Positions 39,460-52,391 of a stretch of DNA of 64,000 nt are shown here, piece after piece. Position 1 is the stretch's first letter; every line of letters starts with the position of its first letter. The translations under genes were made by a program, and so were the position numbers. The notes beneath the pieces were generated by a model. The model was not told the origin of the DNA. It saw nothing but the letters and a program-made list of their open reading frames with translations, and did not search any database. Location: contig NC_043008.1 in assembly GCF_006345805.1 (NCBI RefSeq), forward strand, positions 4,278,001 to 4,342,000, given 5' to 3'. Source of the DNA: Octopus sinensis. Lineage: Eukaryota.

Positions 39460-40216
39460 AAGAAGCCTGTTGTGTGTAAGTGTGTTTTAGTGTCTCATTT
39501 TCTTGCCATTGCATAATGGTTGTACATGGGCATCACCACCATACAAACAGTGTCTTTTGTGTCCAGTTTCCTGTGGAATCATGTTTAGCTACAGGGAAAT
39601 ATTGCCTTGAGGGTTGGCAACAGGAAAGGCATCCATAGAAAATCAACCTCCACAAATTCCATTCAAACTTTGCAAGTATAGGAATGTGGAAATTAAAATG
39701 ATGAGGATGATGATGATTCAGTTATTGTAGACATAAGACATTAACTGGAAAAAGATATAATTACAAGGTGAAATGAGAAAAAATATGAAAATCTATGACA
39801 TATCAAAAAATAGCGTAAAATGAATTTCCAAATATATATTTGTAGACATTTGTAATAAAAAATTACTTTTTTAAAAAAGTATCTTCCTTTTAAATGTTGC
39901 AGCTCATGAAATATTGTCTATTATTGGAAATTATCATCATTATAATTATTCATTTTTTTTCCCTGGCATCTAATATTCATTACCATTTTGCATTATAGTC
40001 TTGATAGAATATTTATTTTTCATTTTAGTCGGTCCTTTTAAAAAAAAATTCTTGTCTTTTAGTTTTAATTTTTTCTTTTTTTAAAGAAACAACTGTTATC
40101 TGGATTTATAGCTTGAACAAGAATTTGGAAGCATCTTAGGTTATTCATTTAGATCAATAACTACAGGTTTTTTTCTTTTTTTTTATACTTTTTTTTGTAT
40201 CTTTCTTTACCATCAG

Positions 40217-40240
40217 AATAAAACCTGACCAATCAAAAAC
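40217..40240 (+). other. Candidate 24-nt symmetric microexon (x-I-K-P-D-Q-S-K-T)
   Basis: A long T-rich tract ends ...CTTTCTTTACCATCAG, the donor is AAC|GTATGA, and only the phase 2-2 frame is open. Confidence 0.25.
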
Positions 40241-41647
40241 GTATGAGAGTCCTTTGTTACTGAAACAATGTAGAGCTAATATTGTTGAAGTGGTCATTAA
40301 ATGTTGTTTCTTTCTTCTGCTGATAACACATTAACCAAAAATGAATTCAGAAAATATGAATGTCAGTGAGACTAATTTTCTTTGTGAACCAAATAAAAAC
40401 TTTTTTTCTTTTTTTTTCTTTAAATATCATTTTAACATGTTATATTTTTCTGTTTTATTCAAATTACACTTCAAACTTTTAAATTTCACATTCAATATTT
40501 TATTCATTTGAAATTGGTTTGGAATCCTTTCAGGAAAGGAATGCTTCATAATGCACTTTATTAAGGAAAAAAAAATTGCCTTTTTTTTTTACATTTTACA
40601 TTTGGCAACAAATAATTTATGGTCTGTTGAGACAATTGACACCACACACTTGCAATGTCATTTTCATAATCTGGGTAAAATATTAATTCATTTGATAATA
40701 ATGCATATGAAAAGAATAAATATAGTGTTCTGTGTAAAGATTCTCTTCTGTAGAAAACTAAAAAATAAAAAAAACACAGCATTAATAAAAGTTCTATGTA
40801 ATTGTCAAAAAGCAGAGTTATAGTTATTGGCACCAATAGGAAGTGTTGTCTTGGAACAGTCAAGGCCAAATTATTATTATAAACACGTGCAGTTCAAATA
40901 TAATTTGTAGTATCTTCCTTGGGTGTTCACTGGAAGATGAGAAAATATAAAACATATGAGAAAATGGAAGATATACTTTATGTGAGAACCGTTTAACAAC
41001 AGATCGGCACTGGCCAAGCAGAGGTTTGAACAAACGAATTCTAGCTGTAACGATTCCATCTTTTTTGAGAATAGTTTATCAAAAAATATATTATCTGTTG
41101 AGCATTTGATGGTGAGAAGATATATAAGAAATTGGAAAATATATCTTATATGTTGTTGTTTAACCACAGATCGACAATGATCAAACTGAGACTTAATCAG
41201 GTATATTCTTGCTGTCACCATTCCAACTTCTTTGAGAATAGTGTATCAAAGACATTTTTATTAAATGAGCATCTTTTTATTTTAAAATGTTGGCAGATTA
41301 ACTTCTATTTTGAGTAATTCAAGTAACGATATAAAGTCTCTCCAAAACTAGGGCTTTTTTTGAACGGCACAGCTGGAGCGCTGATCAAACAGACTTATTA
41401 CCACACATCCCAGCTCCAAGCATACGATCATTTTAGGGATTTCTAGGACTACAGTTTCTAATGTGCCCTTCCCTTATTTACAACAATATGTGATCATGTA
41501 TAGGAGATTTGAGTGCTGTTTCAAGCAGGACAAGTTATCATGTAGAAGGTCCCTTTTTTTATAGGATGCTTGTCATATTCTCATATTCTAAATTGTTTCC
41601 TACAATATGGTATTATTTGAGGGTGATTTAGCTTGCTGTTTTTATTG

Positions 41648-41649
<2 letters not shown>

Positions 41650-41713
<64 letters not shown>

Positions 41714-41746
41714 CCTCTCTCTCCCTCTCTCTCTCTCTCTCTCTCA
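41650..41746. repeat. (CT)n microsatellite
   Basis: Long interrupted CT run. Confidence 0.95.
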
Positions 41747-43124
41747 GGTTAGATTTATTGATAGTAGCACTGGCACTATAATCAGGAACATTTCTTGGTT
41801 CAGAAATTACCTTCATTTCACATTTAGTATTTCTTTTTTTTTTCTTTTTTATTATTTCCAAAAAGTTTATGACTCTCTCTACGAAGCATTATTAGATGGA
41901 ATATTTATATTTATGAAAAACTCAGCTAATGTTATATGAAAGTTATACTCTCATCTGTCTATTTACAAATCACAATACATATATCTCTCTATCAGCCACC
42001 AAAAGCAGATTTCCTTTTTGTTACTAAGCTTATCATTATCAATTGTAACCACAAAGTTCTGTAGTTAATCCTTCTGCACAGCATCTCTGAGGGTATGGGT
42101 TCCCTATGGCCCCGGGTTAGTGATCACCTTATGAGCAAATAAAGTATTCAAAAGCTCCTTCTGGATGTGTGTGTGTGTGTGTGTGTGCATGTAGGTGTAC
42201 ATACACACATGCACACACTCATGTACATGCAAGGATGGAGAATAAAGTACTTTACTTTAAACCAAGCTAGTTTCCATCCTGGCTGTAGAATGGCGCCTCA
42301 AAAAGCCTCTTTCAGCCCAAGCATGTAAAAAGTGAGCATAAAAATAATGATGATATGTGGGTGTCCATGTCCATCCCTGTGTTCTTGTTTTACACAAGTC
42401 TTAGAACCGTTGTTGTTGTTGTTGATGTTGTGCACCTTTACGTTCTGTAATTTGGCAGTTCAACTCTTGTTGAACCTTGGTAAAATAATGACCAGAGTGA
42501 AATCAAATCCTGGATTTGAGATGCCCCACTGAAACTCTTGAAAATAGTGCTCCAGCATGGTTCTAGTCTAATAACAGAGAAATCAGTAAAAGAATAAACC
42601 AAACATATCTGTTATTGTTCTCAGTTCTTCATTCACACAGCTCCGGTAGATTTCAAGGACATCGAAATTAAATCAGATACAACTTGTAATTCAATAATTC
42701 ATAATTTTGTAGATTCATAACTTGAAGCCTTCCATATTATCTTTATAACATCTTTTACTTGATAATTACTCAAATTTTCTTGTTAACAATATTTCTAGTA
42801 TTCTCCAGATAAATTGCTACCACCTGATGGTTTTCAAGAACTTCAAATTTAAATCTTTTGTAGGTACTAATTTGATTCCTAATTTTGTAGATTCTTAATT
42901 TGAAACCTTCTCAAAAATTGTTGTTGTAACATTTCTATTAAATATACAAATATATGAATGGAATATCAAGAGAAACCCTGCACGTTGTGAAATGTTTAAA
43001 ATCTAAAGAAACTGAAAGTTTGACAAATTTGTTTCATAGATTATTATAATGATCCATTGAAATATCATCTTGATGATAATTCAATTAATATATATACATT
43101 TTTAATTTTATTTTCGATTTGCCT

Positions 43125-43162
<38 letters not shown>

Positions 43163-43167
43163 GTATG

Positions 43168-43208
<41 letters not shown>

Positions 43209-43445
43209 ATACATACACACACAGACAAAATAGAAATAAAAGCAAAACAACAAAAGTGAATAGGACATACACTGTGAATGTATTCAGTTGACACATTCAG
43301 CTTAAAATAGGAAAAAGAGGAGGGTGTGTAACATTTTGAACATGGCTCTTCTTCAGAAAGAAGAAAGAGGAAAGGTCCAGAGAGAAGAGAAGAAAAAAAA
43401 TAGTCCATGAAAAGTATGTGTGTGGTTATTTGGCTGATATGTCTG

Positions 43446-43631
<186 letters not shown>

Positions 43632-44642
43632 CGTTTGTCTATATCTATATTCTCCTTCATAGTAATAAAACATATGTAATAGTTCATATTGCTTATTGAA
43701 TATTCACATTTAAAGTTTTGTTCATAAAGTTGTATTTCTACACATTTTCATTTTTGCCTAACAACAAGAATATCATTTATTGTGGCTGTACATAAAAGAT
43801 ATTTTTTTAATGTTTAGTCAGAAGAAGAAGGCAAGAGTCTATAAAGTTTTATATGATTTTCTGACACTGGTGGGCATAAAAGGTGGATTATATTATGACT
43901 CATAGACGAGAGGCCTGGTCCAATTGTTTGCAACAGAGCAGATCCTGCTAAAGGTACCAATATGAATATTCTGCTGTTTATAGCATAGATAATTCTTCAA
44001 AGTTTGAATATTTTCACACATCAATACCTTTACCTGCTGATAAAAATTAGAGATATAAGAATTGGAATTCCATTTGGGAGGTACTGGCAACTGTTTATAT
44101 ATTTTGATTCGGCTATATATATATATATTTACATATCACCATCGTCATCATCATCATACAATGTCACTTTTCCCATGCTGGCATACATTGGATGGGTCGA
44201 CATGAACTGACAAACTGGGGAGCTATGCTGAGCTTCAGTATCTACTTAGGTTTCTACAGTTGGATAACTTTCCTCTCCTAATGCCAACCACTAGGACTTA
44301 TTCTTTGCAAGCCCAGTACTTATTCTATTGGTTTCTTTAGCCACACCATTAACTTTCGGGGACGTAAACACACCAACATTGGTTGTCAAGTGATGGGGGG
44401 GGGGGGGGCAAAACACACAACACACACACACACACACACATGTATTTATATATATATATATATATATATACGATGGGCTTCTTTCAGTTTTCATCTACCA
44501 AATCCACTCACAAGGCTTTGGTCAGCTCAAAGCTATAGCTGAAGATGCTTGCCGAAGGTGCCACACGGTGAGACTGAACCTGGAACCATGTGGTTGCAAA
44601 GCAATATTCTTACCACACAGACATACTTATATAATATATATA

Positions 44643-44886
44643 ATGGTATTTATATAAGCTTATAGCAATCAGCATGCAATGACTGGGGAAAATAGTCTAA
44701 TAATGGGGTAGATAAGCCCTCAACAGAAAAAAGTAGGCTTTCCCATCCACATGGGACTTGAACTCACATCCCTTTGTTAACACGACTACATATTGGTGTT
44801 GAGGGCTTATATGCCCCATTATTAGACTATCTTCCCTAGTCATGGTACGGTGATCGTTATAAGCTTTAGGTTTATATAAATACCAT
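44643..44886. mobile_element. Inverted-repeat (MITE-like) element whose loop holds a Pol III/tRNA-like cassette
   Basis: Arms 44643-44725 and 44797-44886 are complementary. The loop on the minus strand reads ...TAGTCGTGTTAACAAAGGGATGTGAGTTCAAGTCCCATGTGGATGGGAAAGCCTACTTTTTT (B-box GTTCAAGTC and T6). Confidence 0.7.
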
Positions 44887-45373
44887 CATAATTATTTACA
44901 GGATTGTAAAAGTCAGCGCCATGTAACAAAACCATATATATGTATATATATATATATTTCCAGATATAACTCACCAACAAGAGTAGTGTAGCTAAGTCTA
45001 TATTAATATTTGTGAGAAAGTTTTGTTTTGTTAAGTTGCTTAGGTGTGATTTGTGAAAAATTTGACTGCTGTTTCTAGCAGTTTATGTACAAGATTGTTC
45101 ATTAGCTCCATTGGATGGATATAATGGCCTGTTTGAATCAACCAGGAAATTGTCTTCGTTTCAGAACCAGTTGACTAAGAATGAAGTGGTCATTACATTT
45201 GGGAATATGTACATCACCCTCACTGTCAACTAACACTTCAGTCATACTTAACTTCTGCTTAAATTTTCTTCTATCAATATTCATCATTTCTGACAAAATT
45301 TAGTCATAAAACAAGTAGAATAAATTGGCAAAATTGATGAGCACTTGATTTTATGAGTCTGAGATGAGGAGAA

Positions 45374-45428
45374 ATCATCATCATCATCATTGTTTAACGT
45401 CCGTTTTCCATGCTAGCATGGGTTGGAC
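45374..45428 (-). mobile_element. Minimal retroposon 3' end (stem-loop plus (GAT)n tail)
   Basis: Reverse complement GTCCAACCCATGCTAGCATGGAAAACGGACGTTAAACAATGATGATGAT; the same end occurs on the longer copy at 54010-54166. Confidence 0.8.
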
Positions 45429-45451
45429 AAATGACTAATAATAATAATAAC

Positions 45452-45497
<46 letters not shown>

Positions 45498-45950
45498 TCT
45501 ACTACAATGGAGAATGCTTCTTATTAATTAGGTATGTAACAATTACTAAAAGCACTAAAAGAAAGCAATTATTTAAGGGTTGACCGTCTGGAAATATTTT
45601 CATAAATTTGTGTTCTAAGCAATATATTTCAATTTCTCAAGCTTATTGAATTTTTTAACTCCAGTTTCTTACAAATTTAAATATTCATTCATTCACTGCA
45701 TCCAATTATTCACAAATTTAAATATTCATTGCATTCACTGCAGAGTATTCCATTTTCATTTGCGAGGTCTCTCAATTTCTCTTTTACTGTTTCAATTTCA
45801 AGTTTTAATTTGCTATTGTATACGTAATGTAAAAACATTATTTATTGAATGAAAATTTGTTTAAATACCCTTGGAATTTTTGTAAAATAATTTAAAAGTG
45901 ATTTTGTTGTTATGGCTGTTTGGAATGCTATAAGCCTTCCAGTAATAACT

Positions 45951-47200
45951 ACCTGGACCGATTTTGGCCATTTTCCTTTTTAACTTAAAAACCATGGGAG
46001 GAGATTTTTTGGTAAAAAACAAATTGTAAATATTATCAGAGGAAAAGGTGAACAATTCAAGGGAGGTTTTGCTGTTGTTTCTAGCACAACCCAACCTCCG
46101 TTTTCACTCTTACATGTATTGATGTTTTTTCAATATTTTTCTCCCATTAAATACATTTTATGGAGTGATGATGCCAAAGTAGCACACACGTGGTCCATTG
46201 GTGGAAGAAAAACAACAAAATAAATTGTAATCTAAATTTTTACCCCACCTCAATTAAGTGGAGCCGTGTGTGTGTGTGTGTGTGTGTGTGTAAGAAAAAA
46301 TATTTTCTGACCGAAAAGTATGCTATTAAAATGAATTAACATTTACATAACTCCTTTTTTAAAATCAACAACAATTGCTGTACGGAAGATGTTTGTAAGC
46401 CATTGAAGAACACACAAAAACTGTTAGATTCACTTCAGCATTTAAATTTCATTTGTGTCAAAATATTTTCACCGCTTTGAAACTACGACCTGTTTGCTGA
46501 CAAAACTTTGTGCTGTATCACTTTTGTGAAGTTTTGTCAGTGAACTGGTGATAGTTTCAAAGCGGTGAAAATATTTTGACACAAATGAAATTTAAATGTT
46601 GAAGTGGAACTAACGGGTTTTGTGTGATCTTGAATGGCTTACAAACATATTTCCCACTGCAATTGTTTTTGTTTCAGCACATGATCTCAGATCAAGTCAC
46701 TTGCTATGCAAGTACATCTTTTTTAAATCACTGTGGATAAATACTGGCAAAGATAAAGAATATGCACACCCAGTATTTAGGGTTAGGGTTTAGGATTAGG
46801 GTTAAGGTTATACCAAAAATGGATGGTATGTGTATTTTTTACCTCCTCCTAAAAATGCCAGCAATGACCTTTTCAGACTCTTCAAAATTTTAATTTCTAA
46901 ACAGAAACAATCAGAGGTAGAGAGTGGGGTTGCAAAAAATTCATAATTTCTCAGATTTTCTTTTTTATAGCATATAAATGTATTTATGGGGGGAAAATAT
47001 TGAAAAACATCAATACATATGAGAGTGATAAAGAAACGAGGAGGGTTATCTTTGGATATGCTAGAAGCAACAGCCAAATCACCCTTAAATCACTTACATT
47101 TCCTTCTGAAAATATTAACAAGTTTTTTTTTAGCATTTTACTGAAAGTGTTCTTTCCATGGTTTTGAAGTGCAAAAAAAATTGGCCAAAATAGGTCTGGA
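45951..47200. repeat. Older inverted repeat (arms ~45951-46160 and ~46975-47200) enclosing a palindromic MITE
   Basis: For example TGTATTGATGTTTTTTCAATATT versus AATATTGAAAAACATCAATACA, and GACCGATTTTGGCCA versus TGGCCAAAATAGGTC. Confidence 0.8.
46370..46667. mobile_element. Palindromic MITE-like element (~140-bp arms, 20-nt loop)
   Basis: Arms 46370-46508 and 46529-46667, including a long perfect stretch ATTTAAATTTCATTTGTGTCAAAATATTTTCACCGCTTTGAAACTA and its complement. Confidence 0.9.
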
Positions 47201-47681
47201 GTGGTGTGATGAGGGAGAGGGGGTGTAAAAACAAAGTTTTCAAAACTTTTTTCATACAAAGATGCCCCACCAAACTCATCATTTCAAAGGCAGTGGTTTA
47301 AAATAAATGGGAAAAATCCCTCAAAATTTTTCCCCACAAATTTCTTTATAATCGTAATCTATGCCATTTGAAAGGGATTTGTATGAATTTTCATTAAAAG
47401 ATACTCATCTTCCTGAAAGTTATGAGGGAAAAAGTCAGATCTTGTGAATTTCCTGAAACTCCTCTCTCTACCCCCTCAGAAAAATTCTTTCCTATAAATC
47501 CCTATATAATCTGAAACCACAACATCTAAGCGATGTTTATTTAAAAGTTTGTTAAAAAGTATCCATTTTCCTGGATGTTATGAAACAACAAAGTCAGGGA
47601 CATTTACATCTGTAGTAATGCCCTTTTTATTTATACGATTTTTTCATTTCATGTTTATTTCATTCATTGTTTGCAATGTTA

Positions 47682-47728
<47 letters not shown>

Positions 47729-50344
47729 AACACACCCACTGCAAAGCTTACAGATGGGCTGCTGAACTGAAATGTCTATGTTGCTTTAAGGGGAAGGTAA
47801 CACTTGACAAATTGCTTCGCCCTATGTTGTTGGACTACCATGATATTTGTTTTAAAAAGAGATTATGACTGCGATAAAATAATGAAAGCAGTATTTACTA
47901 AGCAAGTGAGTACTATTATACAAAGAAATGATTAGACATAAAATATAAAAATTATTAGAATTAGAAATCAAATGTGAAAATATTATCAAGGGGCTAGCAG
48001 AAAACCACCCGGAGGGTGGTCTTTCTGCTAGTAATGATAATAATAACAGCAAAAATTATAGTAATAATGATAATGCTTTCAGGGCTACTGTAGCTCTGGG
48101 CTGACCAAAGCCATGAGTGGATTTGGTTGACAGAAACTGAGAGAAGCCCATTGTGTGTGTGTGTACGTGTGTGTTATCCATTTTCAATGTTCTGTGAAAC
48201 CATGAGGAAATATTAACTTGTTTGGAAATAATTATGAGTTGCTAACTGGAAGACTGTCATAAATTTGCCTCATTACAGTTGGTTGAGGCGATGCAAGCAT
48301 GACAAAGTGGGCATTAAAATGATGATGAATGCAAAGAGAAAATAGAATAGAAAAAAAACAGTAAAAAAGAAAGATCTATACTGAGAAAAGGGTGCGATGA
48401 ATAATATCAACAGATATCAACAATTGATAACAAAAAGAAAAATAATCCCCTCTAATGTGGTGGCAATCACATTAGGGAATTCGGAGCACTCCTTAGCTAA
48501 TCCAAGATTACCCTTCCAAATCTTGTTACCAGCCTCCTGCTTTGTGTATTTAGAGTAGGATTACACCAAATTTATTTAATGTCATTTACTAAAGGGCAGA
48601 ACTCTTGCTCTGGCTTTATGTTCAATTTCAAGTGGTAGTTCCAGAAGCTGATTAAAACTTGACACTTGAGCCCTGATTAGGGTTCCCAACTGTACCTTTC
48701 AACAATATTTGCTATAACTATGGCCAAAGGAAAGTAAGTAGTCTTCTTTTGCATGGTAGTTATTAGGCCAACCTCCAGCATAGACCGAACTGAAAGCAAG
48801 ATCCAAGTTTGTGTGTGTGTGTGTGTGTGTGTGTACAGACACACATAAATCTTCTACCAGGATATCCACAAACATAACAAGCTAAAATAACTGCAACCAA
48901 ATCATCTTCAATTCACATCCTATAGTTTCGAAATAAAATAAAAGAGGATTCAGTGTATAAAGTAATCCTAGATGCACTGAATCTGATAAGAAAAAAAGGG
49001 GTGGGGATTGATGAGGGAGGCTCCAGTTTTATCAGTGTTTATTCTGAGTTACTGCTGTCCTAGAGGGGTTATTTGTGCTGTAGCTAGGAGAGTCCATGTC
49101 TGCTCTGAGTATTAGTCCATCCCTGGAATGATATGTTGGATAATGTAGTCCTAGATACACGAGGCATAGAAAAATACAAGATAGTCATTGTTATAATGCC
49201 TTTCGTCATTGATCAGGGCTGGACTTGCAATAAACAATAACAACAACAACAACGAGGCTATAGAATTAACACTCTGAAGACACTCCAGGATTGGGAGAGT
49301 CTGTTGGTTGCTTAAACCCCAAGTCATCTCTAATCAAGAGTTTTCCAACCATGACCTCACCGTCTTTTCTTTCAAACAATGCAGGTAGAATTACATTATC
49401 CTACACATCCTTTGTAAGACAGCAATGGAGGATGAGGGAAATTTATAATTACAGTTTGTATGTTTTACTGTTATTCTTTACTTTTTATGGGGATGGTGCT
49501 TATTCCCCCCCCCCAGATTCTGTAGTTCTAAGCTAATGATAAATGTTAACTCGACCTTAGAATACAACACCCGTCTATTATGTGTTACAATGTTAGAGGA
49601 TCTGATAGCTTGCATATTTCGATTGTTTGGTTAAACAGAACAGAAATGCAAGCTGCCTTCTGCAAAATCCAAGAATTATTAGCTGTTACCAATATCTTCA
49701 TATAGAGTGGTTTCAAATCTACTGCACACTAATTGGCTGGTTGTATTGAGTTCTGCTATTTATATTGACAAAATATATCTATTTACAGCTATGGGTATCA
49801 GAAGACAGCCAACCAATTAGTATTGTATATGTGTGTGTGTGTGTGTCTCTCTCTCTCCACACGCACACACACACACACGCACACACATATTCACCAGCAC
49901 TAATGTCATCATGGAAAGTGAATGTAAGATAATGATGATAATGGTACTCATAAAACCGTAAACCATAGCAGTCACTTGCAAGCAAACCTGTAACATTTGT
50001 CATGCTTTTGCACATTGCTCTAACTTTGTAGTCAAGAGTAGATATAGACAAGCTTTCAGTTATTTCATCTTTAAATCTAATGGAATATCAAGGGGGGTAA
50101 CAGCTGGAGGGGGGGGAGAGAGCTGTGACAGCAATTAGCTGACTCAAAGACACAATACACCACCCAAAGAAGCAAACCCACTGTCATATGAGCATTAGTC
50201 CAACTCTTTAACCACTATACACGTTTGTATATTAGAAACGTGTGTGTGTGTGTGCAAATAGATGAAAGGGTTGGTTGGTTCCTGTCATTATGGAAATTTA
50301 AACTTTATCAATAAAATGTACAAAATCTTCACAGTTTAATGGAT

Positions 50345-50428
50345 TCTTTTTGTTTTCCTTTTAGGTGAGTCATTTCTTTGAGTTTCTCTTGGCCATACAC
50401 TTTCTATTAATCAAAAATCAAGGTAAGT
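50345..50428 (+). other. Candidate recursive splice site with a 58-nt RS-exon
   Basis: TTCTTTTTGTTTTCCTTTTAG|GTGAGT (AG 50363-50364), branch-like TTTAAT at 50335-50340, and a second consensus donor AAG|GTAAGT at 50423. Confidence 0.5.
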
Positions 50429-50677
50429 GGAAACCTGTTTATCAGAGAAAAAGAAACTGATTGATATTGATATCAGTTGGCAGTCAAAATGCGTTGTAAC
50501 AGAAATGGTCTATTGGCAATGGCAAATCATATTTTTAAAAAATACTATTTGGCAAAAATATTTTAATTGCTTCTAACAATATTGAAACAAAACATTCAGA
50601 TATATTTCAAGAATGACATTTTAAATTCAATCCTACAAGGTTATCAATATCTTCAACACAAAAATATACATACATCA

Positions 50678-50722
<45 letters not shown>

Positions 50723-50834
50723 GATAGGGTTAAAATCCAAATTGTGTTCTTTTGATGCACATATGTTTATTCCTGTAATCCAAAGTAGATGGTGAATATA
50801 TAATACCAAAAAGTTCTTCAAATGTCCTGTTTTG

Positions 50835-50886
<52 letters not shown>

Positions 50887-52339
50887 CATGTTTCTTTTCC
50901 TTATAATGGAAGCTTTATGAAGCAGCAAAAGCAGGCAAAGACATTTCTGTGCTACACAAAATGCTTCTCAGCATTTCTTTTGGTTCTTTACATTCTGAGC
51001 TCAAATGCCAACTGGGTTAGCTTTGCCTTTCATCCTTTCAGAGACAATTAAATAAGTACCAGCTATGTATTGAGGTTGATGTAATCATTTAACACTGCCC
51101 CACCCCCATGCCCTACCTCCAAGATTGCAGGCCTTGTACCAAAATGTGAGATCATTACATTGGAAGCTTTTGTAACATGGCATGGCTGCTTGGTTTAGAA
51201 GCTTGTCTCAGGCTTAAGCCCACAGCAGGACATCTTGGCAACGTGTCTTCTACCATCACCTCAGGCTCAAGTGTAGAAGCTTGGCAGAGGCATCTTTTCC
51301 ATTCTTGAACAATAGACATAATCAGTCGTCTAATTCAACATCACCACCTGATACAGAGGTGACTTTAGCAAATGGCATACAGTTTGCTGCAAGCATTCAA
51401 ACCAGTCTCCAGAAACATAGATAAATTCCTATCTTTGCTGCTGCTGCTGCTACCTATCTCAGAGTTATTTCAAAAGCACACACAAAGAAATATTTCATTT
51501 CTGACTGGTGGCACAAGTAGAGTCAACTGGAATGATGAAATTCTTTTCAAAATTAAACATTTCTTAGAAGTTTATATATTTATTTTATTTGAGATAATTG
51601 TTTATTAACTTGATTTTTATTCCTCTCTGGAGCATATTGTCCCTTGATATTACTACTACTTTATGTACTGCGACAATCATTCTCCGCTTGTGGTAATTAA
51701 GAATGTTCAGAACAACTGTACTATAAATACAGTGTCAAAGAACTATAAAATTCCTGATTGTAATTCTTTTTTCTTCAATGATATTTCTTTCTAAGGAAGA
51801 ATAATTTCTAAATTTAATGGCATTAAAATTTCTTTGGTGAACAATGGAACACATTCCTGTCTTTCTACGTTGTCTTTATACGGAAATGAATAAAAACGAT
51901 ATGAGCCATATTTAGGCCAACATTTTTGCACTTTGTATAAAGAAAGCACTGAGCTATGAATGGTGTTGTTTGTTGACACTTCTCTGTCAACAAATCATTC
52001 ACCAGCTCCTATGCTTTCAAAGAAAAGTGAAATGAAAATTCTCTACATGACAGTGTTAGTGACAGGAAGAGCTTCCAGCTGTAAAGAAACGGTCCTTCAT
52101 AGTATGTATTCATTTGACCCATGCTAACACGAATAGGAGATGTGCAACGAATGAACAAATGAATTTTATAACTGTGTTGTTGCTATTGTTAGTATTTAGC
52201 AAATTTATCGCCAAAGACATTCCAGTCATGACCACCCAGTCTTATTTTGTTTTAACTTTGTTTTTGTATGTGTGGTTATATGGAGGAAGGGCTTTGTATG
52301 TCATAGCTGTTGCTAACATTTCATTGCCTTATTTCGCAG

Positions 52340-52391
52340 ATCACTTACATCAGTCTAGCTTACTGCCTCAACAATTTAGTTAAATAAATAG
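52340..52391 (+). other. Candidate non-coding or terminal 52-nt exon
   Basis: Branch point CTAAC at 52313-52317, pyrimidine tract, GCAG acceptor at 52339 and donor TAG|GTAAAT; stops occur in all three frames. Confidence 0.25.

Noticed and set aside
45900-45914. Match to the 3' half of miR-7 (AGTGATTTTGTTGTT)
   Set aside because: The seed region is absent and there is no precursor hairpin.
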